Origin: a virus
Virus record (IMG/VR): IMGVR_UViG_3300037483_001170
Location: 1 to 64,000 of that record
Strand: one strand, 5' to 3'
Length of the DNA stretch: 64,000 nucleotides
Made by a program: the position numbers and the translations under genes. Below, one piece after another: positions 30,479-39,876 of this stretch (within the stretch, counting starts at the first letter, position 1; every line of letters begins with the position of its first letter). The notes under the pieces were generated by a model. That model was not told the origin of the DNA. It searched no databases and saw only the letters and a list, made by a program, of their open reading frames with translations.

Positions 30479-30519
30479 TGCATTGTTCCCCGGCGCTATC
30501 GGCTCACGTGTCGGACAGT

Positions 30520-30558
30520 GTGGCAACTCCATCGCCAGGCGGCGACGGCTTCTCGGAG
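30520..30558 (-). ncRNA. IS200/IS605-type right-end hairpin / 3' end of the TnpB omegaRNA scaffold
   Basis: Minus strand after the stop: GAAG-CCGTCGCC-GCCT-GGCGATGG-AGTTGCCAC. Confidence 0.65.
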
Positions 30559-31692
30559 CTACGCCGCCAAGCGGCGCGCCTCCCGAAGGCTCTGCCCGAG
30601 CCGGAGGATGTTCTTCGCAGCGTTCACGTCCCGATCTGCGGTGTACCCGCAGTCAGGACACGCGTGCACACGGACGCTCAGGTCCTTCGGCACGATGACG
30701 CCACACGCAGAGCAGGCCTGCGACGTCCCACGCGGATTCACCTTCACCAGCTCGCGACCGGCGCTTTCAGCCTTGTACACGAGGATGTCGATGAACTGGC
30801 CCCAGCCAGCGTCGTAAACCTGCTTCGAAAGGAAGCCTTGCGCGAGACCCTTGATGTTCAGATCTTCTACGCAGATGAAATCGTTCTCCTTCACGAGCTG
30901 GAGTGCCGTTACATGCTGGAAGTGCCGCCGTTGCCTAGCCACCTTCAGATGCAACCTCGCGACGCTGCGCTGCGCCTTCCGACGGCGCTTGCTCTTCTTC
31001 TTGCGACCCGAGACCTTTTGCTGGGCAACAGCGAGGCGGGCCTGCGCGGCCTCATGGTATCGCGGGTTCCTAATCGGATAGTCGCCATCTATCGATGTGA
31101 CCGCAAAGCTCTTGATGCCCACGTCGACGCCGACTTCGCGACCAGTCGTGGATAGCAGCTTCGCCGGCACGTCGGCGCAGACGAGCTGCGCATACCAGTG
31201 GCCATCTCCTCGACGCAGAATGCGAATCTGCTTGAGCTTGCCCTCGTGTTCGCGATGCAATTTGATCTTCACGTTGCCGATGCCGTGGATACGTAGGCGG
31301 CTGCCGCCTGCGCATAGGATGGCGCCCCTGCGGTTTGCGGCGTCAGTGAACGTGAAGCTCTCGTACTGCCCGCGACCCTTGAAGCGCGGGTACCCAGGCG
31401 TCTGGCCGGCTTTGCAACGACGGAAGAACCCTTTGAATGCCAGGTCGGCACGCGAGATGGCGTCCTTTAGTAGATGGAAGTGAACGGCTGCGTACTCTGG
31501 ATCATGAGCGCGAATTGCCTTGACCTGCGCGTCTTGCACGCGCTTCGTGACGCTCACGCGCTGCTTGGTCCAAGCCTCGCGGCGCTCTTGAATGCAACCG
31601 TTGTACAGCTGCCGGAGCAGCCAGCACGTACGAGCGAGCGCAGCGTTTTGCGAACGCGTCGTGTACAATCGAAAGTCGTAGACCCTGACCAC
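30559..31692 (-). CDS. tnpB: TnpB RNA-guided endonuclease (IS200/IS605 family, no TnpA)
   Basis: YDFRLY, GYPRFK, GVDVG, VEDL, TSQACSACG..CPDCG, DRDVNAAKNI; D-E-D triad intact; start GTG inferred. Confidence 0.93.
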   Translation of the reverse strand: MVRVYDFRLYTTRSQNAALARTCWLLRQLYNGCIQERREAWTKQRVSVTKRVQDAQVKAIRAHDPEYAAVHFHLLKDAISRADLAFKGFFRRCKAGQTPGYPRFKGRGQYESFTFTDAANRRGAILCAGGSRLRIHGIGNVKIKLHREHEGKLKQIRILRRGDGHWYAQLVCADVPAKLLSTTGREVGVDVGIKSFAVTSIDGDYPIRNPRYHEAAQARLAVAQQKVSGRKKKSKRRRKAQRSVARLHLKVARQRRHFQHVTALQLVKENDFICVEDLNIKGLAQGFLSKQVYDAGWGQFIDILVYKAESAGRELVKVNPRGTSQACSACGVIVPKDLSVRVHACPDCGYTADRDVNAAKNILRLGQSLREARRLAA

Positions 31693-31738
31693 GCCCCCGA
31701 CGCTACCACGGCGCTCGCCGCTGTTATACACTTCCGGC

Positions 31739-32581
31739 ATGTCGTACCGCGCGCCGATTCGTCGTCCTGGTCTCGGCCAGGCCAAGTGGGTTCCAGGGCA
31801 GCTCAGCTTCCAGGCGTTGCCGCCTGGTGTGACGGCGCCGCCCGACTTCCAGCGGCTTCGAGAGGCGGGTCTGCCGATCGCGCCGTACATCGAGCACGGC
31901 AGCTGGGAGACCGGCGAGCCTGATGTAATGAGGTACGGGTTCGATCCGTACAGGGGCATCATGGGGCTCGGCATGCTGCCGCCCGGGAACATTCCCGGGC
32001 TTCGTCGACGACTTCGGCGAGCACACGCTGGCCCCAGGGGTCTGGGAGAGAGCGGAGACGGCCTCGGCTGCTTTCTGGCCACGCTCTTCCGCGGCGCTGC
32101 CGGCCCCACCCCGCAGGAAGCAGCTGCGGCGGCAGTGGCAGCGGCCAGACCCGACCTCGTCCCGTCCAGGCTGATGCCTGGCGCACCAGGGCATCCGCCC
32201 GTGCCCCCGCGCACCGCTCCGGTCACCACAGGCAGCCCCGCTGACCTCGGAACCGGCACGGTCACCTGCAACGGTCAGGTCGTCCTCAGCAACGCCGACT
32301 ACTCGACCGCCATGGGCATCGCAGCGGTGACGGCACGACGGAACCAGTCCCCGTGCACCGTACGAGTCACCGGCGGCGTCATCGGCTCACGCACGATCAC
32401 GGTCGGCCCGAGCGGTCCCGCGGCCGTCTCCGGGCTCAGCGGCTGGGCGGACGGCATTCCGGTCATGGGCGCGCTCGTCGGAGCAGCCATCGGTGCAGGA
32501 GTTGCCCATGCGGCGCAGCAGAACCCGGTCGCCGGTGGCGTGATCGGGGCTGTGATCGGTTCGCTCACGCGACAGACGTAA
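31739..32581 (+). CDS. MSY/GLG-motif protein with C-terminal glycine-zipper membrane segments
   Basis: Several GLG motifs; GxxxGxxxG TM; leaderless TACACT-6-ATG. Confidence 0.7.
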   Translation: MSYRAPIRRPGLGQAKWVPGQLSFQALPPGVTAPPDFQRLREAGLPIAPYIEHGSWETGEPDVMRYGFDPYRGIMGLGMLPPGNIPGLRRRLRRAHAGPRGLGESGDGLGCFLATLFRGAAGPTPQEAAAAAVAAARPDLVPSRLMPGAPGHPPVPPRTAPVTTGSPADLGTGTVTCNGQVVLSNADYSTAMGIAAVTARRNQSPCTVRVTGGVIGSRTITVGPSGPAAVSGLSGWADGIPVMGALVGAAIGAGVAHAAQQNPVAGGVIGAVIGSLTRQT

Positions 32582-32584
32582 AGC

Positions 32585-33397
32585 TCATCGCCGTGACCTA
32601 TGGTGCCTACCCGAGCCGCCGCGTCCGAATGTCCGTGCCGGCGTCGGCGACGCCGTCAGCCTCGGTACCGCTTCGTCGAGCAGCTTTACGTCATATCCGG
32701 CGTCTGACATTTGCTTTCTTACTCGCAAAGCAAGTGCCATGTCCCCCTCTCTAAGCATCCCAATCTTCACGAGAGGCATGCCGCGGCTCAAGAGTCGGTC
32801 CGGCGCCCAATATGTCACGTTCAATCCGGCCATATTCAAATCATGAACTGACACGACGCACCCCGCCTTGAACCCAGCCGCACACATATGTGCCGTCAAG
32901 CCATGTTCGTAACGCTGGATGATTTGCTGCTTGTCCTGGAGCGGTACCGCGTTTTCCCAAAACTCCGTGAACGCGGAAGAGGCGCAAACGCGCTGCTTGT
33001 AAACAAGGAAATATCCTTGGAGATTCCAGCCCATTTCCGTGCCATCTGTCATACCCCAGAAATCGCACGGATCTTCGCTCATCCGGTTCATCAAAGCACC
33101 AAGATCGCCCACTGGACCCAGGGTGCTGGAGTTCACGATGACTAGCTCATCGTAGTCCGATGCTGGCGTTTCCTTTAGCGTACTACGGTACATCTCCACG
33201 TCGAAACCGTCGTTTGGGATCTGACGCACCTGATCAACGAGAGGCCTCACGCCGTTGACTTGGGCCTCGCCCAGGCCAGCGGTTGAGACGAAAATCAGCC
33301 GTTCAGCAAGCGGACGCAGTGCCTTGAGCATGAACCTGACGTAGCCTTTGACCGTAGGTTCGCGGTCATAGTGCGCGTAGATGATAAGTCGCCTCAC
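32585..33397 (-). CDS. RgpF (rhamnan synthesis F)-like protein
   Basis: YAHYD, NDGFD, YDELVIVNSS..GP, DFWGMT, LQGYFLV. Confidence 0.8.
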   Translation of the reverse strand: MRRLIIYAHYDREPTVKGYVRFMLKALRPLAERLIFVSTAGLGEAQVNGVRPLVDQVRQIPNDGFDVEMYRSTLKETPASDYDELVIVNSSTLGPVGDLGALMNRMSEDPCDFWGMTDGTEMGWNLQGYFLVYKQRVCASSAFTEFWENAVPLQDKQQIIQRYEHGLTAHMCAAGFKAGCVVSVHDLNMAGLNVTYWAPDRLLSRGMPLVKIGMLREGDMALALRVRKQMSDAGYDVKLLDEAVPRLTASPTPARTFGRGGSGRHHRSRR

Positions 33398-33404
33398 GAC
33401 GCTA

Positions 33405-34016
33405 TTACCTCCTGTAGACGACGATCATGCGACGTCGCACTTCGACGCGCAGCGCTGAGTCTGGCGGAAACTCGCCATCACAAAAGAACTCCCCGTCGTC
33501 TGGCCCGATTACTGTTTGCGAGAGCAGGCCACCGATCCTTCCCGGCTCGAACGCGGGGAGATGCCAGTCCTCGACCACATAGATGCCGCCCGCTCGAAGT
33601 AGTGGCCAGCATAGCGCGAAAGCCGCCTCGATCGACTCGTAACCGTGCGCGCCATCGTCAACGATCATGTCGAAGCTGCCAGGCGCAAAGTCGAGCTTCG
33701 TTGGCATTTTGCGATGAATGAACTCGATATCCAGTTCCGCCAATGCGGCCAGCGACCAGGCGCCTGGGGCGACGCAGTCAACGCCGACCACGCGCGCTTT
33801 CGGCCATAGCGAGCGCCACATTAGCAGGCTCCCGCCATCTGCAATGCCGATCTCAAGCACGGACTCTGGCGTTCGGCGGCCGAGCACCTCTTCGTAGGCC
33901 GCCAACGTCTGGCGGTCCTTCTGGTGCACAATGTCTTCGGCACATCGCTCTAGTGACCTAACGTACGACAACGAAGAGCCGCCGACGTTGATTCGCCCAC
34001 GAAATACATCCATCAC
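33405..34016 (-). CDS. Class I SAM-dependent methyltransferase
   Basis: VLEIGIADGGS, FDMIVDDGAH, LRAGGIYVVED. Confidence 0.85.
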   Translation of the reverse strand: MMDVFRGRINVGGSSLSYVRSLERCAEDIVHQKDRQTLAAYEEVLGRRTPESVLEIGIADGGSLLMWRSLWPKARVVGVDCVAPGAWSLAALAELDIEFIHRKMPTKLDFAPGSFDMIVDDGAHGYESIEAAFALCWPLLRAGGIYVVEDWHLPAFEPGRIGGLLSQTVIGPDDGEFFCDGEFPPDSALRVEVRRRMIVVYRR

Positions 34017-35193
34017 GGCTCGCGCCTCTCGTTCGAAGCTGCCTGGGTTGCCTGCAAGTTGAACGGATGAATCCGCTTGTACGTCACGAGTGCGTCGACA
34101 GGCCAGACAGGCCCGTATCCCGCAGAAATCAACTGCCGATAGAACACGCCATCAGCAGCGTACTCGATTTCTTTCGATGCTATTGGCCATTGCGGCACCT
34201 TCTCGAAGACGACGCGCCGGTGCGCCACCTGCGACTGATCGAGCTTGCCGTACACGTCTGTCACCGGGCCGCCCGGAAACAGCCCGCGTTCTGCGTCTTC
34301 GTCTTCGAGCATGTACCGGAGCCGCCCGTACCCCATCACCTTGTCTGGGTCCGCAAAGATCGTGTCGAAGTGTCGAAAGCGCTCGGAGGCAAAAAAGTCG
34401 TCATCCGGGATGTAGTGAATCACGTCTCCCTTCACGAAGGTCAACGCATCATTGATGCGCTGCACTCGCGCGCACCCGGCGGGGGCCTGTCGGCCGCGAT
34501 CAGCAGACGGAACCGCGGATCGACATCTGTGAACGAACGAATGACGGACAACGTCTCCTCGTTCGACGCGTCGTCGCTCACGACGCACTCCCAGTTCGGC
34601 CGTGACTGCGTAACGATCGCTCGCAGCGTCTGCGCCACGTACTTCGGCCGGTTGTAGCTACCGACAACCACTGAATGCGTGATGGCACCTGGCGCCGCGG
34701 AGGCCATGTGCACGACGTCGGACCCTGGCAGCACACCCAGCGTCTGAAAACCGCTCCGCTCATAGAGCCGACGGGCCCGCTCGTTTGTGCCCTTCACGTC
34801 CAGCGTGACGCGCTCGAAGCCCATGGCGAACGCCTGGTCGACCACGGCCCGTAGCGCTCTGCGACCGTAGCCGCGGCCCGTCAGATCCGCGCGGCCTACA
34901 TAGAACCGGCCGAACGTGACGGTTCCTGTGTCGCGGTCCGCCCCGTACAGCGACACGTGTCCGATGACGCCGCAGGCTTCATCTCCGAACACCCAGACCA
35001 CCTGCCCGTCCACGTCCGGCTCGTACTTGGTCTCGTACCACGACATGTGCTCGTCGTACGACAGTTCCCTGTCGGTATGAAACTGCTGCCGGATTCGCGG
35101 ATCGGCGCGCCATGCCCTCGTCAGATTCAGCCACTGTGGCCCGAGAAGATCGAACCAAAGCCCCTCAGCCGCGAACCGCTTACGCAGCGTCAT
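34013..35193 (-). pseudogene. GNAT acetyltransferase-GT2 glycosyltransferase fusion, frameshifted near 34470
   Basis: GRGYGR/NERARRLYERSGF then SYNRP..VSDDASN in one frame; INDA..HYIPDDDF in another; matches paralog 37024-37695. Confidence 0.75.
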
Positions 35194-36356
35194 ACGGCTC
35201 TCGCGTAGAACTCGCCCACCGCGCCCATCACACGCACGACATCTGCACGCGTCACAGCAAGCGACATGGGCAGCGACACCGCACCCCTGCTCTTCTCCCA
35301 GGCTACCGGACAACGCTCCGCCTCGCCAGGCGCGTACATGGCGTATGCGCGGTTGTCCTTGTAGTGAACACCCGGATAGATGTCGTTTGCGTTCATGAAC
35401 ACCATCAACGCGTCGCGATCGTGCGCGACGATCTGATACAAGTGCCGCGACGAGCCGACCGAATGAGGCACCGCCTCAACGGCGCGCGTCCCATCTGGAA
35501 GCAGCGCGCGCCACGGCAGCAAATCGTCGTACCACTCCGCCAGCTGTCGCCGGTACGCATTGTCGTGGTCCAGGTACTTCAGCGACACGAGGCCGATGGC
35601 AGCCATAATGCTGTTGCCGTTGTACTTGTGTCCGACGTGCTCGACGTCGTAGTCCCACCTGTAACTGCCCTGCTGCCCAGTGCGCTGAAAGGTGTTCTTG
35701 TTGATGCCGAGCCACGACCACTTGCGTGCCCAGGTGTCCAGCGCGGCGTCCGCAAAGCACACCATGCCGCTGTCGGCCGTGGGCAGGTTCTTCACGGCCT
35801 GAAAACTGAAACAGGTCGCGTCCGCTTCATGTCCAACATGACGGCCCTGTACTCGCGTGCCGGCCATGTGTGCCGCATCGAGGATCAGGCGTAGCCCGCG
35901 CTCACGACAGAAGCTGCTCACTTCGCGAAGGTGAGCAGGGTTCCCGCCCATTCCGACAAACATCACGGCGCGCGTACGCTCCGACAGCACGGCCTCGATG
36001 CTGGCTACCGTGATGTTCAGCGTCTCGTCGACATCCGCGAACACGGGCTTCATGCCGGCATACAAGATCGCGTGATTGGTCGACACGAAGGTCAGCGGCG
36101 TCGTGATGATCTCATCGCCTTCCTTCCAGTCGCCGGCCATCTTCAAGCCTTCAACTGCCATGTGCAACGCGGCCGTCGCAGAGTTCACGAAGTGCGCGTA
36201 CGGCAACTCCGTGTACTCGCGCCAGGCCGCCTCGAACGCATCGGTCTTGAATCCGAGGCCCGTCCAGCCGACCTCCAGGCACTCCCTGACCGCCGCCAAT
36301 GTCTCCTCAATCCGATAACTTGGCGTGAAGAGCGCAATCCTTTTACCCGCCATCAC
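35190..36356 (-). CDS. DegT/DnrJ/EryC1/StrS sugar aminotransferase
   Basis: NSATAALH, DAAH, FSFQAVKNL. Confidence 0.93.
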   Translation of the reverse strand: MMAGKRIALFTPSYRIEETLAAVRECLEVGWTGLGFKTDAFEAAWREYTELPYAHFVNSATAALHMAVEGLKMAGDWKEGDEIITTPLTFVSTNHAILYAGMKPVFADVDETLNITVASIEAVLSERTRAVMFVGMGGNPAHLREVSSFCRERGLRLILDAAHMAGTRVQGRHVGHEADATCFSFQAVKNLPTADSGMVCFADAALDTWARKWSWLGINKNTFQRTGQQGSYRWDYDVEHVGHKYNGNSIMAAIGLVSLKYLDHDNAYRRQLAEWYDDLLPWRALLPDGTRAVEAVPHSVGSSRHLYQIVAHDRDALMVFMNANDIYPGVHYKDNRAYAMYAPGEAERCPVAWEKSRGAVSLPMSLAVTRADVVRVMGAVGEFYARAV

Positions 36357-37027
36357 TCACTCCCGATTCCGTTGTATGGCACGATGAACGTTTCGCAATG
36401 CGGTAGGCCGCCCCACTTCGCGACATACCGGTCGCGGTTCGAATCGAATCGTCTATGGTGCTCCATCCTCTCGTCACGAGAGAAAGAGGCCACCGTCTGG
36501 CTACCGTTGTTCACGTGAACATACCGGCCAGGCGCCCGCGCCTCCGACGTGATGCCCGACAGGGTCATCCGACGGTGGAAATCGTTGTCCTCGTAGTATG
36601 CCGGCCAGAACTGCTCGTCGAACCAGCCGACCTTCTCGAAGAGACGCTTGCGCACGAGAAAGCACGAAAAGCCTCCGGGCTCTGGCGTGACGAAGTCGAA
36701 GTCGCCGTCTTCCATCACGCGCAGCGCGCTCCCGATCGTGTCCGGCTCGAACAGCACGTCGTCGGCAGCGATGAGCAGCGCGTCATCGTCGGTGAGCAGT
36801 ACATGTCGAGCCATCAGATTCCAAGATCTGGCACAGCCCAGATTCTCTCCGGGTACGTGAATGTCCAGCGCGAGACAGCGTAGGGCTTCGCCCGGCGCCA
36901 GCGAACCGCCGTTATCGACGACCATGAAGCGCTCCGGCGCGCGCGTACCTGTCTGCGCCGAGATGATCATCTTCTCCAGCAGGTCATAGCGACGCAGCGT
37001 CGGGCATCCGAGGGTCAGTCGCATCAT
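36353..37027 (-). CDS. GT2 glycosyltransferase
   Basis: VVDNGG, NLGCARSWN, GWFDEQFWPAYYEDND. Confidence 0.85.
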   Translation of the reverse strand: MMRLTLGCPTLRRYDLLEKMIISAQTGTRAPERFMVVDNGGSLAPGEALRCLALDIHVPGENLGCARSWNLMARHVLLTDDDALLIAADDVLFEPDTIGSALRVMEDGDFDFVTPEPGGFSCFLVRKRLFEKVGWFDEQFWPAYYEDNDFHRRMTLSGITSEARAPGRYVHVNNGSQTVASFSRDERMEHHRRFDSNRDRYVAKWGGLPHCETFIVPYNGIGSE

Positions 37028-37695
37028 TCGCGCTCGTCGATGCTGGAAGTGCCAGTGTTCTGAAGATTCTTCTCGTGACGGCGTTTGTAGCTCACGAGCG
37101 TGTCGATCGGATAGAACGAGTACCCGGCCGCAATCAGCTTCCGAAAGTACGCCGCGTCGAACGCGTAATCGCCTGCGGTCGCCGGCCACTCGGGGGCCTG
37201 CTGAAAGCACGAGAAGCGATGGCAGAACTGTCCGTGGTCCACGCGACAGACCGGATCTGTCAGCACGCGCCCGTGGTACAGCTCGCCGGCTGGCTCGTCG
37301 TTCTCGATGTACTTCAGGCGTCCATAGGCCACATCGCACAGGGGGTTGGCTTCAAAGAAGCGCTCGAACGCCGGGAAACGACCGGGCGCATACCAGTCGT
37401 CGTCCGGCAGATAGTGCACAAGATCGGCATCGATCAGTCGAATCGCGTCGTTGATGCACATCACGGCGCGGACGGCCGGGTCGGCAAGCTCACCCTCGCG
37501 CGGCCGATCCGAGTAGATGACACGGCAACGCGGATCTCCCGCAAACGCGAGGCTGATCGCCTGGCGCGTCTCCTCGTTCGAACCGTCGTCAGCGACGATT
37601 AGCTGGAACGAGCTGGCCTGCGTTCGCACCGACCGGATGGCCTTCGTGACCATGGTCGGACGGTTGTAGCTTGACAGTACGACCGCGTGACGCAC
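37024..37695 (-). CDS. GT2 glycosyltransferase
   Basis: SYNRP, VADDGS, YLPDDD. Confidence 0.88.
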   Translation of the reverse strand: MRHAVVLSSYNRPTMVTKAIRSVRTQASSFQLIVADDGSNEETRQAISLAFAGDPRCRVIYSDRPREGELADPAVRAVMCINDAIRLIDADLVHYLPDDDWYAPGRFPAFERFFEANPLCDVAYGRLKYIENDEPAGELYHGRVLTDPVCRVDHGQFCHRFSCFQQAPEWPATAGDYAFDAAYFRKLIAAGYSFYPIDTLVSYKRRHEKNLQNTGTSSIDERE

Positions 37696-37698
37696 GGA

Positions 37699-38280
37699 TC
37701 ACTCCGACTTCGACGGCTCGACCTCGACCGGCGTCGAAGCCGCTGGCGGCGTCATGACGCTGGCGGCGGCCTGCACGGCCTTCTCGATGAACACGTCCGC
37801 GTTGACTTCGGCCTGCTCACGCAGCTCGCGCATCTTGGCGCGCTTGGCGACCTGCTCGCCCGGGGTGAACTCGCCCGCGCCCATGTTGCGCTTCGGCAAC
37901 AGCGTCAGCTGACCACAGGGTACGGGAATCCTGTTCCCCTGCGCATCGAGCACGAACTCACCCGTCTCGTCCTTCTCGTGCACGACCTGGCCCTTGTCGT
38001 CCTTCGCGACTCCGGAGCATGGGCCGGCGTAGTTCTCGACCTCGTCGCCCATCGCGGCAAGCTCTTCGGCATCGAAGCGGATCGTGCCCTCCCAGCCGCA
38101 CATGATGCAGCAGAACAAGCACTCGTTCGGGACCTGATCGCCACGCAGGCGCACGAGCGCCGAGCGCGCCTCTTCCTTGCCGCGAACAACCATCGCGGTA
38201 CGCGGCACATCGTCGTAGATCTTGACGGTCTGCGCCGAGTTGTCGACAGCCGGCTCCGGCTTGTTCTCTGTGTCGCTCAT
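37699..38280 (-). CDS. Hypothetical protein
   Basis: ATGA overlap; SD. Confidence 0.7.
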   Translation of the reverse strand: MSDTENKPEPAVDNSAQTVKIYDDVPRTAMVVRGKEEARSALVRLRGDQVPNECLFCCIMCGWEGTIRFDAEELAAMGDEVENYAGPCSGVAKDDKGQVVHEKDETGEFVLDAQGNRIPVPCGQLTLLPKRNMGAGEFTPGEQVAKRAKMRELREQAEVNADVFIEKAVQAAASVMTPPAASTPVEVEPSKSE

Positions 38281-38486
38281 GACTTTTTCCTCTTCACGGC
38301 CTTCTTCTTCTTCTTCGGCCGCTCATCACGGTAGTGATCGACGACGTGATTGATCGCGGCGCCAACGCTGTAACGTGCGCCGACCTTCAGTTCGTGGACC
38401 TCGGCCACCCGCTTCAGCTTTTCGACGCGAGACTTGTGCGTTCTGAACGTGATACGCACGTCCGTCGCCTTGTCATCTTCGATCAC
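38277..38486 (-). CDS. Ribbon-helix-helix-like DNA-binding protein
   Basis: VRITFR-helix-helix pattern; basic tail. Confidence 0.55.
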   Translation of the reverse strand: MIEDDKATDVRITFRTHKSRVEKLKRVAEVHELKVGARYSVGAAINHVVDHYRDERPKKKKKAVKRKKS

Positions 38487-38788
38487 GGCTTCACCGCCCG
38501 TTCAGTGCGCACCATTGCGATGTCAGAGCCCAGTAGCGCAAACCGAAGGCTGCGCATCCGAGACTTCCCCTTCTCGGTTACCTGTTCGTTCACGTCGAAC
38601 TCCCAGATGTCGTCACCGTTGCCGACCTCGCGGAAGTCGACTGCGGCGAACGCAATCAGGTCCTGACCTGTCGCGATGCCCGCTCCGGCATCCGTGGTCA
38701 CGAGCCGGTGCCCTGGCTCTGTCTGTCTCATCAAGATCTCGACCGGACCGCTGCCGATCTGTCGAAGATAGGGTCCCATGCTACTCAT
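38483..38788 (-). CDS. Hypothetical protein
   Basis: ATGA overlap with the upstream GT. Confidence 0.65.
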   Translation of the reverse strand: MSSMGPYLRQIGSGPVEILMRQTEPGHRLVTTDAGAGIATGQDLIAFAAVDFREVGNGDDIWEFDVNEQVTEKGKSRMRSLRFALLGSDIAMVRTERAVKP

Positions 38789-39876
38789 GTTGTCGTTCTC
38801 CGCCATCGTTCCAGGCCATCGAGCCAGTCGCCCATCGCGAACTCCCAGCACCACGTGGCCGCTACCTCTTGATTGCGCTCGGCCTTCTCGCGCATATAGT
38901 CGAGTACCGGTGAACACGCCGAAGCCAATAGCACCGGCGCCAACACGTCTGCCTCGACTACCGGAGAGCTTCCCTCTTCGCCAAGAAGCGGCCCAAGGCG
39001 GTCGCTGGTGGCGACCCCAAGCCAGCCGCCCATCTCCGACAGAAAGTCCGTCTGTCCAGTTGAGTACGTCGTGATGAGCGGCGTTTGCGACACGCACGCG
39101 GCTAGCATCATCATCCCAAAACCTTCACACCGTGACGGCTGCACGACCACGTCAGCCGCCTCGTAGAGCACCGCCAGATCGTCCTCGGTACTTCCGCGGT
39201 CCTCGCCGATCACGATGTCGACGTCACGGAGGTTCAGGTCAGCGACTGTGTAGTGCACGTTCTCGTAGACATCCATCGGCACGTGCACGAGAAGCTCCGC
39301 GCGGCCGGCAAGGGCATCCTGCACATGGCTCCAGGCCAGAAGCAGCTGTTCGGTCCCCTTCCGGCCAGGCCAGCAGAAGTCAGTCGCGAGATGCAGGAAA
39401 CGCACGCGCTCGGACTTGCGGCGATTCTGCGGGACCGTCATGAATCGCGGCGAGACACCAAGCGGGACACGGCAGATCCAGGTTGGTTCGGCGCTCGCAT
39501 ACGACGCGACAGACCGACGTACCGTCTGCTCGCACCACGTCGATGGCACAAGCACGAGCCCCGCGCGGGCTGCGACGGCCGAACGCTCCCTGTCGAGCCG
39601 ATCGGTGTTCGGCGAGGAGAAGATCGCGATGCACTTCGGATCGTACTGAGACGCGTAGGCGCTGAAGAGCCAGTCCTGCGCATCTGCAATCATCACGACG
39701 TGCTGACCGCGAGCCCGCGGACCCGTGGGCCTGAAGTCGGCGTAGTCGTCGAGCCAGCGCTCCTCGATGTTCGTCACCGAGCCGAGGCGGCCTGCTCGGG
39801 CAAGCGCTCGGCAAAGCTGCGCGCCGATGGTCGCGTAGCTGAGCCTGGACCCGAAATGCCCGACGACGTCGATCAT
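38785..39876 (-). CDS. GT4 (GT-B) glycosyltransferase
   Basis: RKG, YEAADVVVQPSRCEGFGM. Confidence 0.85.
   Translation of the reverse strand: MIDVVGHFGSRLSYATIGAQLCRALARAGRLGSVTNIEERWLDDYADFRPTGPRARGQHVVMIADAQDWLFSAYASQYDPKCIAIFSSPNTDRLDRERSAVAARAGLVLVPSTWCEQTVRRSVASYASAEPTWICRVPLGVSPRFMTVPQNRRKSERVRFLHLATDFCWPGRKGTEQLLLAWSHVQDALAGRAELLVHVPMDVYENVHYTVADLNLRDVDIVIGEDRGSTEDDLAVLYEAADVVVQPSRCEGFGMMMLAACVSQTPLITTYSTGQTDFLSEMGGWLGVATSDRLGPLLGEEGSSPVVEADVLAPVLLASACSPVLDYMREKAERNQEVAATWCWEFAMGDWLDGLERWRRTTT

Noticed and set aside
31693-32271. N-terminal extension of TnpB in the 570-aa ORF call
   Set aside because: It is the antisense shadow of 31739-32581; TnpB motifs begin at VRVYDFRLY.
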